Source: Octopus vulgaris
Taxonomy: Eukaryota
DNA length: 64,000 nt
Direction of reading: 5' to 3'
NCBI GenBank assembly: GCA_951406725.2
Contig: OX597814.1
Coordinates: 208,320,001-208,384,000, forward strand
The position numbers and the translations under genes are program-made. The stretch's first letter is position 1; the number at the start of each line of letters is the position of its first letter. A model generated the notes under the pieces. It was not told the DNA's origin. It saw only the letters and a list, made by a program, of their open reading frames with translations, and made no database searches. Shown here in pieces: positions 28,106-43,816 of the stretch.

Positions 28106-29525
28106 CATACACCTCCTCACTGTTTTCATCTTTCACATTTTCAGCACTGTTTATAAGCTTAATATATAATCTTTCTTAAGCATGTAAAATGTTATTTGAC
28201 TTTGATGATTATTGTAGCTGGTATTGATACAATCCCTCCAGCCATATGAAATGTGATTTCAACCTTACCGTAATAAACATTTCTGCAAGTTTTCCTTTAA
28301 TACTAACTTCACAATTCTGATGTTATTAGTCTATTAGTAGTGTTGTTCACATGGGACTCCATAATCTATTATTTCTCTCTGGTTTTCATAGTGATTAACG
28401 AATATAAAGCAATTTCTCCCCAACCTCTCTAACAGGATGCCTCTCTATTACAAATAAGTTTTCCCATTGGTTGTATAGAACTCATAACTAGACCCAGTGA
28501 AACCCTCTCTCTCTTTCAGAGAGGCACTGAGCACCTACACGCACATATACATACACGGCAGTAACTTCCACCTACCGAATTCAATCACAAAGTGCCTCGC
28601 AGTGGGACTGAACCCGAAACCATGTAGCTAGGAAGCAAGCTCCCTAACCACACAGCCAACATACATTGATTTTTGCACTGTTATTATTTGTTACTCTGTT
28701 CACGTTGCAGATGATAACACGTAGGGGTAGACCAAGAATGAAATGGTTGGGTAATCTCCTTAATTTCAGTTGTTCATGCTTGAGAATCCCGCCAGAAGGT
28801 CTAATGTTCGTTGTTTTTGACAGGACCCTATGGAGGAGGTGCTTTAGGTCTCTGCCCCCACGAGCCTCTCAGGAATATTGGGTAGAAAAGGTGGATAAAT
28901 TAATGGATTATTGTTTAAAATGGTTAATTATGTTGCCATGATCTATCAATGCATTATTATCTAATGAGAGGTAAGTGTTTTAGGCATGGAAACATTGCAA
29001 TATTGATGCTGGGATATGAACCACGAATCTCTTGGCTATTTGTCAGCAACCCATTTTTTTTTTTTTTGTCTTTTAGTCAAGAGGGAAGACAGTAGCTATC
29101 ACTGGGCCTTTGAGATAAGTCACAGGGAGGAAGTTATCCTCAAACCAGAGAGCTGATCTGAATGGCTGTAACAGAGGCAACTCTGCTAAAGATACCCAAA
29201 GTGTCAGGTGATGGTGTTAAACTGGATAACAGATTAAGTCCATACTCAAATTAAGCTATGACGGAATTTGAATTTAGAAGACAAAGAACTGTGATAAACA
29301 CTGCAAAACATGTTGCTCAACACTCTAACAATATTGTTAATTCCCTGTCCTGGATTGGTACTGTTTTACCAAATTCAAAAGGATGAAAGGCAAAGCTGAT
29401 CTTAGCAGTATTTGAACTCAGAGTGCAGACAAAACAAATACCATAAGGCATTCTATGCAGCACATTAATAACTTTACCAATTCTCTTTGATATAAGAAAA
29501 AGTTTACAAAAAACCCTTCCTCTTT

Positions 29526-29776
29526 CATCATCATCATCATCATCGTTTAGTGTCGGCTTTCCATGCTGGCATGGGTTGGACGGTGCAACTGGGGTCTGGG
29601 AAGCCAGAAGGCTGCACCAGGCCCAGTCTGATCTGGCAATGTTTCTATGACTGGATGCCCTTCCTAACGCCAACCACTCCATGAGTGTAGTGGGTGCTTT
29701 TTATGTGCCACCAGCACAGAGGCCAGGCGAGGCTGGCAACAGCCACAATCGGACGGTGCTTTTTACGTGCCACTGG
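29526..29776 (-). mobile_element. RTE-LINE 3' UTR fragment (family D)
   Basis: (CAT)n tail and conserved motif. Confidence 0.8.
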
Positions 29777-30448
29777 CCTGATTATTAATTATATTGTATG
29801 GTATCTCTTTGATGTTGTAATGGGTAAGTGGAGGAATTATTGGGTTTCATGTATAAGAAGTTCATTGAGTATCTGTCGAAGACAGTTCTATATTTCTCAG
29901 TTCATTCAAGTCCTTGGAACAGATACCAAATACTGTGGAAATGTTACTCACATTAGGCTGGCATTCCATCAAGGGGTATATCTATGTGGTTTCATGTGAA
30001 CAAACCTAAGTACTAGCTCCAAACACTCTGCCCTACCCCTAGCTTAACAGTACTGACTTTATGCCCTTCCCTTAGATTAACAGTTAATGAAATTATCTTT
30101 ATCACTATGATAATCCTGAAAATGAAACAACGGCATTTAAAGATTTTGAAATTTCTTGAAGTTATTTACTGTACATAGGACCATTACAGTACATAGACCC
30201 TTATTGTACACAGACCCTGTAAGTTGAATAAGTTAAGCCAAAATTTAGATAAAATACAATTGGTTTTTAAAGCATATGACAGCATAGAGATACTAATATC
30301 ATGAAAATTAATACCTGTATCAATAACACAATAGTAGCTTTAATCTAAGATAAGATTTTAAAGAAAAGTTTTCAAGGATCCATAGATTTACCAGGCCTTC
30401 AATTTCTCATCATATGGTGAGAGCCCAAAATAATTTATGGTGCTTGAT

Positions 30449-30568
<120 letters not shown>

Positions 30569-30979
30569 TGGTCTAATATATATTCTTGGCCTGTAACTTT
30601 TAATTTTATTTCCTTAGAAAATAAAAATATAGCATTGGTTACATTGATTATATAAAAATGCTTGTTTCATTAATCAATTAAAAGATTGAAATAAAATAAA
30701 ATCAAAAAATCAAAAAAAGTCAGTGATTAGTTAGTAACATGCTTTATAACAATAGAAACGGTTTAGTCATCTTTATTGATTTTCACAAGAATACGTCATT
30801 TTAACAAGGAATAATTTGTGAGAAAACAGAAATATTTAAATGCAAAGCTGTTAATATTATCAAGTAGTAAACAGTTTTTTTAACACTAATAACCATTTCT
30901 TTGAACAATGATAATTAGTAGCAGATAAACTCCCAGTGAATCATTTCAACAATCCTCTTTTGAGTTTCAGTATTTTTAC

Positions 30980-31098
30980 CTTTTTTCTGTTTATTAATGT
31001 CTTTGAGAAAGCGTAAGTTCTCATTTTCTCTACATTTAAAAATGTAGATTTCTTGCATGCCTTGGAAATGGCAATCGATAACCACTATATTAGTTACT
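30980..31098 (-). other. Possible 119-nt internal exon
   Basis: ttctttcag acceptor and aaag|gtaaaa donor; open in phase 2 (VTNIVVIDCHFQGMQEIYIFKCRENENLRFLKDINKQKK); no homology recognised. Confidence 0.15.
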
Positions 31099-32614
31099 CT
31101 GAAAGAATTACTGTAATATATATTATGAAATGGTTATGTTTTTAAGGTAAACAAAACTGTTTGCTATTTATAACTTAGTCAAAAATAACAGGAAATGTTT
31201 GTCATTTTTCTTTTCACCAAATCTTTATTTGAAGCAAAAAAAAAAAAAGAGAAAAAAAAAGGAGAACAAGAATAATTAGAAGGTTAATAATATCCTGTAA
31301 CACCAGCAGAATAACAATGGTACTGTAACAATAACATCAACAACTGCAAGAATAACAGATCTGTTGTCCTTAATAGGAACATGCATTTAGAAATGGAAAA
31401 CATGCATTTAAATCATTTTACATGGTGTGTAACATGATGTAACAAATTAATTCAATAATTAAACACCTGATAATGAGAAGTTTCTAATTAGTTTGCCTAC
31501 AAATTGTAGATGGTTCTTCTATCGGATAAATAGGGAAAAAATGAGAGGGAGATGAATGATTGACCTGAAAAATCCTTGATTTTGTGTACTTAATTTTCAA
31601 ACTCTGTTATGTTGAATATTTACAGAAGTATTTAGCAATTATTGATTCTTAAGATGTTAACACACTACATCTGAGAGAGGCTAAGAATTCCAGTCACTAA
31701 AATAATAATAATAAAAAAAGACATCCATTTATTTCTATTAAAAGTTTCAAAACTTTTGGTGGTGAACCAGCTATTTTTATACAAATGGATGACCCTTCTA
31801 CTACTGTTAATCCATTTTATGAAATAAGAATGGATGTAGTTTCTCTACAAAATAACTGAGGCAAGCAGAATCATATCTTCGTTTTTCAAAGAGTGTAACA
31901 TAATAACAGCTGAAGTAGTTAGATTTAAACACATAACAACTAGTATAACTTCATAGACATTGTACTTTAGGAATAGAACCATTGTAGTTTACCAATAGAA
32001 TCATTGTACTTTATGTACAGAGTGTCTGGCAAAATGAATCTAATACACATTGCTATAAACACCCATTTCATTCTCATAAAACCTCAGCTTTCATATTTAA
32101 CTTAAAAAAAGATTCTAGACAATTCCTGCTGAATCTATAGATAAGAAAATATTTGCAAGATGTTTGCAAGAATAAATCTTTGTAGGTGCAGAAGGAATCA
32201 TGAAACATTTTGCAAACCCATAGTAGGACCTGAGTATAGCACTATAATCTAAAAAAGCAATCATTAATTATAGAGCACTCTCTTCTCATTTAAACTGTAA
32301 AATAGTAATAAATTTTTTTTGTTTTTGTATTCTACCTAGGAATATGATGCAATAAATAATGGTAAGATTTCAACCTATGATAATGTACCCATTAGTCCCA
32401 AATTTTAACTGTAGTCAGAAAATTCTCATACAGCATTAATGTGCATACAATCAATGTTTATTATTTTAGTTGTTTTTGTCTTTTTGCAAATGTTTATGTA
32501 TTCATATGTTTCATAGTCTGGACTTGGAGAGACGCCCAGCAGTTAACTTTTACATTCAATCATTTTACATCTACTTTTGATATACAAAGTCTAACCACAT
32601 ATATGTCCAATATA

Positions 32615-33172
32615 CAGGGTGGACCAAAATGATCTGACACACATTTGGAGGCTTAATAAAAGCACAAAATAAGAAATAATGAAACGAAAAATTTTATTTT
32701 CTGAATGTACATATAATGCCATTTTATTTCATTAAGTTTTAAAAATTAAATCAGCTAAATGCTTCCCACCATTGTCAACACACTGTTGGAGACATTCATG
32801 AAAGTTATCGATAACTCTATGGATCATTTCTTTTGGAATGGTGAAATGTGATTTCTTCTTGTGGGGATATTTAGAATCAAAAGTATTCAGTCATCGCCCT
32901 CGAGCTATCGATGAATTAAAACGTGCAATTTGTGTAGAAATAGCAACCATTCAAGAAGAAATGATCCATAGAGTTATCGATAACTTTCATGAACGTCTCC
33001 AACAGTGTGTTGACAATGATGGGAAACATTTAGCTGATTTAAGTTTTAAAACTTAATGAAATAAAATGGCATTATAGGTAGATTCAGAAAATAAAATTTT
33101 TCTTTTCATTATTTCTTATTTTGTGCTTTTATTAAGCCTCCAAATGTGGTTGGATCACTTTGGTCCACCCTG
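32615..33172 (+). mobile_element. Tc1/mariner-superfamily palindromic deletion derivative built from two right ends
   Basis: TA|CAGGGTGGACCAAA ... TTTGGTCCACCCTG|TA; arms ~225 bp; 32838-33056 encodes CDFFLWGYLESKVF..IDELKRAI..NFHERLQQCVDNDGKH, a transposase C-terminus. Confidence 0.88.
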
Positions 33173-33396
33173 TATATTGCAGTAGTTAAAGCTGTTCCCT
33201 GAAAGACAATGAGTACGAGCATGAAAAAGACCTATAAGAAGGTAATAATGATGACACCAAAAGCTGTGATAATAATAATGATTATTATCATGATGGATGA
33301 TGAAAAGGATAATGATGGTGATGAAAATAATACTGACAAGCAATCATCTGTATAGCATAAAACTGACCACCATCATTCAGTGAATAGTAATTTCTA

Positions 33397-33629
33397 TACT
33401 CTTTACTCTTTTACTTGTTTCAGTCATTTGACTGCGGCCATGCTGGAGCACCGCCTTTAGTCGAGCAAATCGACCCCGGGACTTATTCTTTGTAAGCCCA
33501 GTACTTATTCTATCGGTCTCTTTTGCCGAACCGCTAAGTGACGGGGACGTAAACACATGAGCATCGGTTGTCAAGCAATGCTAGGGGGACAAACACAAAC
33601 ACAGACACACAAACATATACACACACACT

Positions 33630-33661
<32 letters not shown>

Positions 33662-33827
33662 TACGACAGGCTTCTTTCAGTTTTCCGTCTACCAAATCCA
33701 CTCACAAGGCATTGGTCGGCCCGGGGCTATAGCAGAAGACACTTGCCCAAGATGCCACGCAGTGGGACTGAACCCAGAACCATGTGGTTGATTAGCAAGC
33801 TACTTACCACACAGCCACTCCTGCGCC
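33397..33827 (-). mobile_element. SINE family A (young)
   Basis: Near-identical to 10137-10558 and 63607-64000. Confidence 0.88.
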
Positions 33828-34218
33828 TATTAAAATTTAACATTCAATAATCCTTGCACCATTCACAAACTCTCCAAAGACGGTCTTGCTTGCAAATGCA
33901 TTATACTTATTTTTAATTGCCCATTTATGTGTCTGCCGCAAGCATTAAAAAAAATGACTTATTATACAATCTAGGGATACTAGGTACTGTTTTGCACCAT
34001 TCAATTTCATGTGTTAATGTTATGGATAAAGGTTCTCCCTTTTTATTCTCATTGTATGCGACTATTCAGTCAGCATTTAATTTCATATATGAGCTGATCA
34101 AAGTGGTTTCAGGTCTCTTATTAATGCATTAATAAAATATATTATGGGTATTTATAACAGCTTGTAAAAATGTAATTTACTAACAATGCAGCATGAATTC
34201 ATTAAGTGAAAATGTCAT

Positions 34219-34690
<472 letters not shown>

Positions 34691-34948
34691 ACTTGTAGTA
34701 ATGGAATAAAACCAAAAAGTGATATTTTGGAATCATTTAATATGTAAGTTTCAGGTTTCTTTAATACATAATAGGAAACGTATCCATTACATAAACCTAC
34801 CTAACATTTCAAACTATAAAGAAATCGATGAAACAATTTCAATATATACGTGGTTAGAGTAGTAAGTCAGTTACTAAGTTGAGGGGATAGATTTTAATCC
34901 AAAGTAATTTGGCACCATATTTTTGTGCCATATACTACTAATTCTAAA

Positions 34949-35178
34949 GGCGGTGAGCTGGCAGACATGTTAGCGCACTGGGCAAAATGCTTAGTGGTAT
35001 TTCGACTGTCGTTACGTTGTGAGTTCAAATTCTGCCGAGGTCGACTTTGCCTTTCATCCTTTTGGGGTCGATAAATAAAGTACCAGTTTCGCACTGGGGT
35101 CGATGTAATCGACTTAATCCGTTTGTCTGTCCTTGTTTGTCCCCTCTGTGTTTAGCCCCTTGTGGGTAGTAAAGAAAT
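34949..35178 (+). mobile_element. tRNA-headed SINE family B with CORE-like segment
   Basis: ggcggtgagctggcag..gagttcaaattc..gcctttcatcctt..ggggtcgataaa..aagtaccag. Confidence 0.82.
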
Positions 35179-35779
35179 ATATACAACTAATTCCATTCAC
35201 TACGACAACTCTTAACCACACCCTGACACCTGGTTCATTCCATTACTCATCCTCTCCCCAAATTCTTCACCTCAATCTGCTACTTTTCATCAATTTTACT
35301 AAGATTTCTATGCAAATAAACAAAACCATTCCATTTTCTTTTAATACTATTCCCTCAAAAATCCTTCCTTCTCCCACTATCCCATTTCACATATCCTCCT
35401 CTTCATTTTTCTCCCCACTTCTCTCCTCTCTACGTCTGTCTGTCTCTCTGTTTTTGTCTGTCTCTCTCTGAATACATGTCTATCCTCCTAACTTACTAGC
35501 TGACCTATAGCTCAAACCACATATATATTGAAATTTATCATTAATTTCTATATATTTTGAAATACTTTAACTGAAGAAAGTTCACGTAATGGACGAATTT
35601 CCTATTATACAGCATGCTAAACTGAAATGTGTGTATTAAATGATTTCAAAATATTACTTTTTGGTTTGGCTTCATTATTAAAACTAATACAGCTTGATGC
35701 CAATACAAACTAGCTATATTTGGCTCCAATTTAGTTTGCTATATTTGGTTCGAGTAAAAAATCTGGTACCATGGACAGC

Positions 35780-35785
35780 TATGTG

Positions 35786-35817
<32 letters not shown>

Positions 35818-36290
35818 TGTATGTATGTATGTATGTATGCATGCATGTATGTATATATGTATGTACGTTTGTATGTATGCATGTGTGTATGTATGCATGC
35901 ATGCGTGTATGTATGTATCCTTGCATACATATATATATATATGCATGCATGGATACATGTATATACACACATACACAGACACACACACACACACATATAT
36001 ATATATGTGTGTATATATATATATCTGTGTGTGTGTATATATATTTACATATGTGTGCATATATATATATATACATACATTTATGTATGTGTATGTATAC
36101 ACATATATACGTTTATGTATATACACACACATATATACATATATGCATATATATGGTATACATACATATTTACATACATGCATATATATATATATATTTA
36201 TATATATATACACACACACACAAATACACACATTTACATATATATGCATACTTACATGCATGTGTGCATGCATGCATACATACAAACATA
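35780..36290. repeat. Compound (ATGT)/(TA)/(CA) microsatellite
   Basis: Direct inspection. Confidence 0.9.
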
Positions 36291-36811
36291 TCCTTAACAC
36301 AAATAAATTTGGAAAGAGGCTTAACTAAATTTAAAAAAACAACAAAAAAAAACTGAAAATAGAAACAGATTTTGTATAATTAAATTGTCAGACTTAAAAG
36401 CAATAATTTGTAGGTTTTGAGTTTAAACCCAATCCACACACTATTACATTATAAGTTTGTGAATGAGATACATTCTTTTACACACACCATCTTCCATTTC
36501 TGGAACACAAATATATACTATGTTCCAGATAGACTATATACATGAGCTAAAAAATGTATTTGTAAGAAAGAGGACACTGAAAGAGAATTTGTTTTAAGAA
36601 CAAACTTAAATATTGCATGATATCTTAAACTCCAATTTTATGTGTGTATGTTTGTGTGTGTGTGTGTGTGTCTCTCTCTCTCTCTCCACACACACACACA
36701 TATGCGTATATATGTATGTATATGTATATATGCATATATATGCATATGTTGATGAATTCTCTAGTCATGAATGACAAATGAGGGTTCAGTAAAATAAAGC
36801 ATTAATAATTT

Positions 36812-36889
<78 letters not shown>

Positions 36890-37391
36890 CGTACTGACTT
36901 TCATGGGAAACATGTATTTTTGTGGTTGAAACCTTTTGGATTTACTAGTGCTAGAGTGAGCCACATAGTGACCACTCTCTTATATTTATTTTTATATATA
37001 TATATGTATGTATGTATGTATATATATACATACACACATACATACATACATGTTTGTGCGGACACACATGCACACACACACCAACACACATACATACACA
37101 GTATTCATATATATATATATTTTCCAATTAAGTACTAATTAGACTATAAAGATTAATAGTATGTAAATTTTTTTTTTAGCAGAAAGTGTATTAGTAAAAG
37201 AATTAATCAAACAAGGAAAGTTTTCAATAGGGGGCAGGTAAGGTCGAAACATATTCAGTTGAAATAGTTTTACCTTTAGTATTTGGGACTCAGACATAAG
37301 TGGATCCTGTTCTGTAAAATTCAATCACAATTTGAAAAGAAAAATATGATTTTTAAAGGAATTCTAGACAAGATTTGATTAAACGCTACCT

Positions 37392-37525
<134 letters not shown>

Positions 37526-37780
37526 ATAGGCACAAGGCTAGTACAGAAATATTGAGGGGATGGAAGTAGTCAGTGACATCAACTTGATTGGTATCTTATT
37601 TTATGGACCCTGGAGGAATGAAAAGCAAAGTTTACCCCATCAGAAAATGAACACTGAACGAGAACAGCTGGAAGAAATACACAATGCATTTTATCCAATA
37701 TTCTACTGTTTCTGCTTATCTACTACTGTAATAATAATCGTTTCTAGATCAGGCACAAAGCCTAAAATTTAGTTGATATC

Positions 37781-38011
37781 TGTTTCTTTATTACCCACAA
37801 GGGGCTGAACATAGAGGGGACAAACAAGGACAGACTAACGGATTGAGTCGATTACATCGACCCCAGTGCATAACTGGTACTTAATTTATCGACCCCGAAA
37901 GGATGAAAGGCAAAGTCGACCTCAGCAGGATTTGAACTCAGAACGTAACGGCAGACGAAATATGGCTACGCATTTCGCCCGGCGTGCTAACGTTTCTGCC
38001 AGCTCGCCGCC
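37781..38011 (-). mobile_element. SINE family B with 13-bp TSD
   Basis: TSD tttagttgatatc at 37768-37780 and 38012-38024. Confidence 0.88.
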
Positions 38012-38429
38012 TTTAGTTGATATCATTGACCCAAGTACTTGACTAGTACTTTATTTTAAAGACCCTGAAAGGATGAAAGGCAAAGTTGACCTCAGTGAGG
38101 TTTGAAATCAAAACATTAAAAGCCAAACGAAATAAGCAAGAAGTATGTTGTCAGACACTTTAACAATTCTGCCAATTTACTGCCCTCATCATCATCATCA
38201 TCATCATCTTTATCACCATCATCATCATCATCATCATCTTTATCACCATCATCATCATCATCATCAGCATGATGATGATGATGATAATGATGACATACAG
38301 TATAAAAGGTGAAACAGGGCAAAAGTATTTCTTAGAAATTTCCATGATATTTTTGATAAGCAAAGATTTGAGATTTCTACTCAGTTACAGAATATGTGAA
38401 GCATAGTATACTAGCATACCTACCATATA

Positions 38430-38474
38430 ATACATACATACATACATACATACATACATACATACATACACACA

Positions 38475-38568
<94 letters not shown>

Positions 38569-38610
38569 CATACATACATACATACATACATACACATACA
38601 TACATACACA

Positions 38611-38691
<81 letters not shown>

Positions 38692-38730
38692 TTCTATCTA
38701 TCTATCGACCTGTCTATATACATACATACA

Positions 38731-38761
<31 letters not shown>

Positions 38762-38770
38762 GTATGTATG
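38430..38770. repeat. Compound (ATAC)/(CTAT)/(CT) microsatellite
   Basis: Direct inspection. Confidence 0.93.
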
Positions 38771-38984
38771 TATCCTGGCATTTGACATTATCTCTCCTTG
38801 TAATCATTTCACCATTCCTGAATATATAGGTATCACATTACCATCTTCATATCTTTGTACATCTTGCTTACAGATAGCCATTAACACTATAATGTTGTGG
38901 AAGAATTGATGTGACTATAAATTTGTTGCAATGGAAATATTACTGCAATGTGTGTGTGAGTGAGTGAGTGTGAGTGAGTGAGTA

Positions 38985-39039
<55 letters not shown>

Positions 39040-39963
39040 GTATGTACATGTATGTATATGTTTGTGTGTACATATGTTTGTACGTATGAAGGCTGTGTCT
39101 GTATACACTTATAGTCACATTTGCAAATACCTTTTGCAATTTTATGGATTTCAAAATGTTTAGTTTCTACTGATCTCATTTAACAATGTTACTGCCAGAG
39201 TAAAATATCATTATAAACATGCAGACATACACACGCATACCCAAACACACACACACACACACTGGTGATCACATATTTTGAGAATATTGGTAACAACTTC
39301 TCTTTTAACCATATATTATTTAAAACACAAGTGTGCTCAGTTTTAGTGTTTTTATAAAGGATTTTTCCTGTTTCTTTATTGCATCAATTCATTATGCTTG
39401 GACCAGTAAAATTTTAGGTTCCATCTCTCCTTTTGGAGTATCCAGGTATAATCATAAAAGAACTCATTAGTCTCCCAGCTGCGTGAATGAAGGAAGATTA
39501 AAGTCCAGTAATGAAAGCTAAATCCTTCAAAACTTCCATGCTTTCTGAGATATGCCAACACTACACCTGATTTTCCTCCCCTCCATACACACACAAGCAT
39601 GTACCTGACTCATACATTGTTCGCTTTCCAGACATTTGCACATTACTGCATACACTTTATGCGCACTTTCTGACAAGTTGTGGTGTACCTGAGCACTGTA
39701 TACAATAATTTCATTATTATCATAAATAAACATTCATCATTATAAAACATTCTGCTACACCCATCATTAAGCTGTATCACTTGCAGCATTTACCTTACAA
39801 CCAGGTGAGCTGAGTCAATTGAAAATTTAGTACAGTGGCTTTCAAACTCTGGCACTAATAAATATGCACACTTTTTGGTACACAAGGTTTACAAGAGCAT
39901 TGAAATCTTGAAGTAGTTACACGCAACTAAATGCAACTATGTGGAGATTTCTTCACTATTTCT

Positions 39964-40378
39964 TATTTCTTTATTGCCCATGAGGGGCTAAACACAGAGA
40001 GGACAAACAAGGACAGACAAAGGGATTAAGTTGATTACATCGACCCCAGTGCGTAACTGGTACTTAATTTATCGACCCCGAAAGGATGAAAGGCAAAGAC
40101 AACCTCAACAGAATTTGAACTCAGAACGTAACGGCAGACGAAATACCTATTTCTTTATTTCCCACAAGGGGCTAAACGTAGAGGGGACAAACAAGGACAG
40201 GCAAACGGATTAAGTTGATTACATCGACCCCAGTGCGTATCTGGTACTTAATTTATCGACCCCGAAAGGATGAAAGGCAAAGACAACCTCGATGGAATTT
40301 GAACTCAGAACGTAACGACAGACGAAATACCGCTAAGCATTTCGCCCGGCTTCCTAACTTTTCTGCCAGCTTGCTGCC
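39964..40378 (-). mobile_element. SINE family B with tandem duplication of its 3' ~185 bp
   Basis: Units 39964-40147 and 40148-40378 share the variant aaagacaacctc. Confidence 0.85.
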
Positions 40379-41600
40379 TTCACTGTGTCTGTCCACTTAT
40401 CATTGTGAACAATAGTTTCCAGCAATATTTGTAACCAAGAACAATTTAGTTTGAGACTATCAAAACAGGATGATGCAATGGATGTGCTTCTCTGAAACTG
40501 TTTCTAGCATAAAGCTGCTTGTTCATTTCATTGATGAACAAGTTTTTAAGTTACTTGAAAGGATAAGGCATCTGACGTTGAATCAGAAGATTGTGAGTTT
40601 GTATCTCATTGTGGTCTCAAATTTTAATTTCATAGTTGCAGGAGTGGCTGTGTGGTAAGAAAAAAGCTTGCTTCCTAACCACATAGTTCCGGTGTAGGAT
40701 TTGTCAATTATATAAACTAAGGTACTTTAACTGGTATTTTGTTTTATTGAGCTCAGAAGGATGAAAGGCAAATATTGAACCAAGTTGAATTTGAACTTTT
40801 TGAATTAATAGGAAATAATTCATGTCTATTGTCAGTTCTATTGTATCCAACCATTTAATACTATATTCTTCCCATGGTATAAACCAACACTGCTGAACAC
40901 AGTGAAGGGATATGCATTTGAGAACTCCCGACTTAGTGGCTTAATCAGATACAGTTGCCATGCTATTGTAAATGCACAAATTACAGAGGGTTGAGCTGGT
41001 AGTTTGATAAGTTTATTTTTCTCCTCCAGTTTTGTTTCTAAGAAATTTATATCATAGCCAAAAATGTATGTATTTGCACTTGTTACTATCTCACTAAGTC
41101 AACAATATGTAATGTTTCATAAAACTATCTTAAGAGGATGGGAAAACAGTAAAGAGACAATAATGATAATTAATTGTCCATCAGTGACTCCATTAAAATT
41201 CTTACAACTTCACCTGAAGATAAATATATGGATAGTCTTTCAACAAGACGATTCTAAAGATTCTTCTCTTGTTATTGTTGTTAATGTTCAGTTATTGTTT
41301 TTATTTACTTGTATGATTTATTGATTTCTCTTTAACAGTGTTTTAGAGGAGTTTATTTGTCTACATCATATTCACCATTCCGTCTCGCACTAATGTAAAA
41401 GATACATAAAATATAGACAGTAGGCATCAGAGATGAAAAATATACAAAAAAACAACAAAAATATATGGTCAATATGGTTAAATACACATATCCATATACA
41501 TAAAAGATGATCACTTCTCTGATAGATGATAGCTGTTTCCATTAATCAACATCATCCCAATAATCTCCATTGCATCTGTGTACTCTGAGATAACTCTTAA

Positions 41601-41821
41601 CCCTTTAGCATTTAAACCGGCCATATCCGGCCAAAAGTATTCTGCCTGTTTTATGTTCAAATTGGCCAGATCTGGTCTCTTACACCAATCCTACAATATC
41701 ATCTTAAAAATTAACAGCTACCTCATCAAAATCTCATAACTACAAGATAATGCATGATTAGTTCAAAACAATGTGGATAAAGAAGCATTAATTTTGGCAG
41801 AATAATGCGAACACTAAAGGG
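41601..41821. mobile_element. piggyBac-type MITE, second family
   Basis: TTAA TSD, CCCTTTAG TIR. Confidence 0.85.
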
Positions 41822-42134
41822 TTAAGGTCAGCAGTTGACCTACAAATCTATGTGGTAGATAAAATTCAAAACTTTTTACAGGGTTTTGCAATTTTATATG
41901 CTTTTTCAAACTGAGGTTATTTCGACTGATTTTTTTCAAAATATTGCACTGTTGTTGTAACCATAAAAAGGTAACAAATCATTGTTAGATGCATCTTGGT
42001 TCCATCAATTCTTGTATGTTTTCATCTGGCTACATGTGTCACATGAAACATTCTTTCCCTCATGTTATTATATGCTGACCGGATGGATGCCACATTGAAA
42101 CAACAAATCAGAATATTGTAGACATATTCTGATG

Positions 42135-42425
42135 GTGGAGGCACAATGGCCCAGTGGTTAGGGCACTGGACTTGCGATCGTGGGATCACAGTTTCAATTC
42201 CCAGACCGGGTGTTGTGAGTGTTTATTGAGTGAAAACACCTAAAGCTCTATGATGGTGGAGGCACAATGGCCCAATGGTTAGCGTACTGGACTTGCGATC
42301 ATGGGATCGCGGTTTCGATTCCCAGACTGGGCGTTGTGAGTGTTTATTGAGCGAAAACACCAAAAGCTCTACGAAGCCCCAGCAGGGGGTGGCGAACTCT
42401 GCTTTACTCTTTCACCACAACATTC
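42135..42425 (+). mobile_element. SINE family C with tandemly duplicated head
   Basis: Two ~121-bp units starting tgatggtggaggcacaatggccc. Confidence 0.8.
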
Positions 42426-42831
42426 TAAACGGCAGTGCGTCAGCATGGCCACAGCTCTTAGCTGAAACTAGAGAAAAAAAAATATCCACAGGTAAAGCTA
42501 AAGTCATAACTCATTAACATGTTTCTAGAGTTGTATTGGTGTATTTAAAACATTAAATTTAGCTAAGGTACTTTTGGAAGCTTAAGGTGGGCTGTAACAC
42601 CCAATTATATTCAGGTCATAAGCCTTAAATATAAAAATCGATTCATAGTACCCCTGCAAAAAAATATGTCCTTCACATCTGTGAGAAAAGAATCATGGTG
42701 CTAAGTGGCAACTCCTCTCTTTCTTCAGCTTGTGTGATCTGTGTGAATGAGGATTGGAGTGAGTGAAATCTTTTACTTTCACTTTCGCATCTATGCGAGG
42801 ATACTGAAGTAGGTCTTGTTTAGAATATATT

Positions 42832-43220
42832 GGCGCAAGAGTGACTGTGTGGTAAGTAGCTTGCTTACCAACTACATGGTTCCGTGTTCAATCCCACTGC
42901 GTGGCATCTTGGGTAAGTGGCTTCAACTATAGCCTTGTGCCGACCAAAGCCTTGTGAGTGGACTTGGTAGATGGAAACTGAAAGAATCCCATCGTATATA
43001 TGTGTGTGTGTGTGTGTTTGTGTGTCTGTGTTTGTCCCCCCCAGCATCGCCTGACAACCGATGTTGGTGTGTTCACATCCCCGTAACTTAGCGGTTTGGC
43101 ATAAGAGACTGATAGAATAAGTACTAGGCTTACAAAGAATAAGTACTGGGGTCGAAATGTTCGACTAAAGGCGGTGCTCCAGCATGGCCACAGTCAAATG
43201 ACTGAAACAAATAAAAGAAT
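42832..43220 (+). mobile_element. SINE family A
   Basis: Similarity to other copies. Confidence 0.85.
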
Positions 43221-43728
43221 AATAGAAGAAAAGAATCTTCCACTTTAGAGTGTTGATTGATGAGTTGATGTCTTGTGCATGTAGCAGTAGTACTGATGCT
43301 ATGGCAGTAATTTGTATTGCTTGAGAAAGTTTGCATTATGCTGATTTCTGTTTTGTAATAGCACAAGAAGTATGTGCACTAGAATGACAGCAGAGATTGA
43401 TAATGTGTTATAACTAGAATGTTTACTAGGATTTCTTTTGCCAGATTTAGCATAGCAAAAGAAAAAGAGTCCATTTGATTAGTGAACAATTGATGTTTGG
43501 AGTGTCTGTAGGTGTGATACCCTGCTGGATATGGTTATGAAATCTGAAGGTGGCTATTGTTCTCATTAAATGCCTTCTTTATTTTGATTGTAGTGAGGAT
43601 CTGGATCTAATAGTACAATAACACGAGGGTGCTGAGGTTGTCATTGGGAATGCATTTGGTAGTTTTGAATTTGTTGAGGTGAGGATAAATCTGTGAGAGA
43701 GTGCTATAGTATTGGCTGGAAGTGTTTA

Positions 43729-43759
<31 letters not shown>

Positions 43760-43816
43760 TTAAATGAAAAGTGCTCTCTGCACAAATGTATGTATGTATG
43801 TTTGTATGTATGTATG

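Noticed and set aside
36886-36930. ctgac...GAAACATGTA hammerhead-like string next to (TA)n
   Set aside because: Core lacks GA and no stem I or II pairing
39376-39600. Trp/Phe-rich 74-aa ORF
   Set aside because: No recognisable family and no good pyrimidine-tract acceptor
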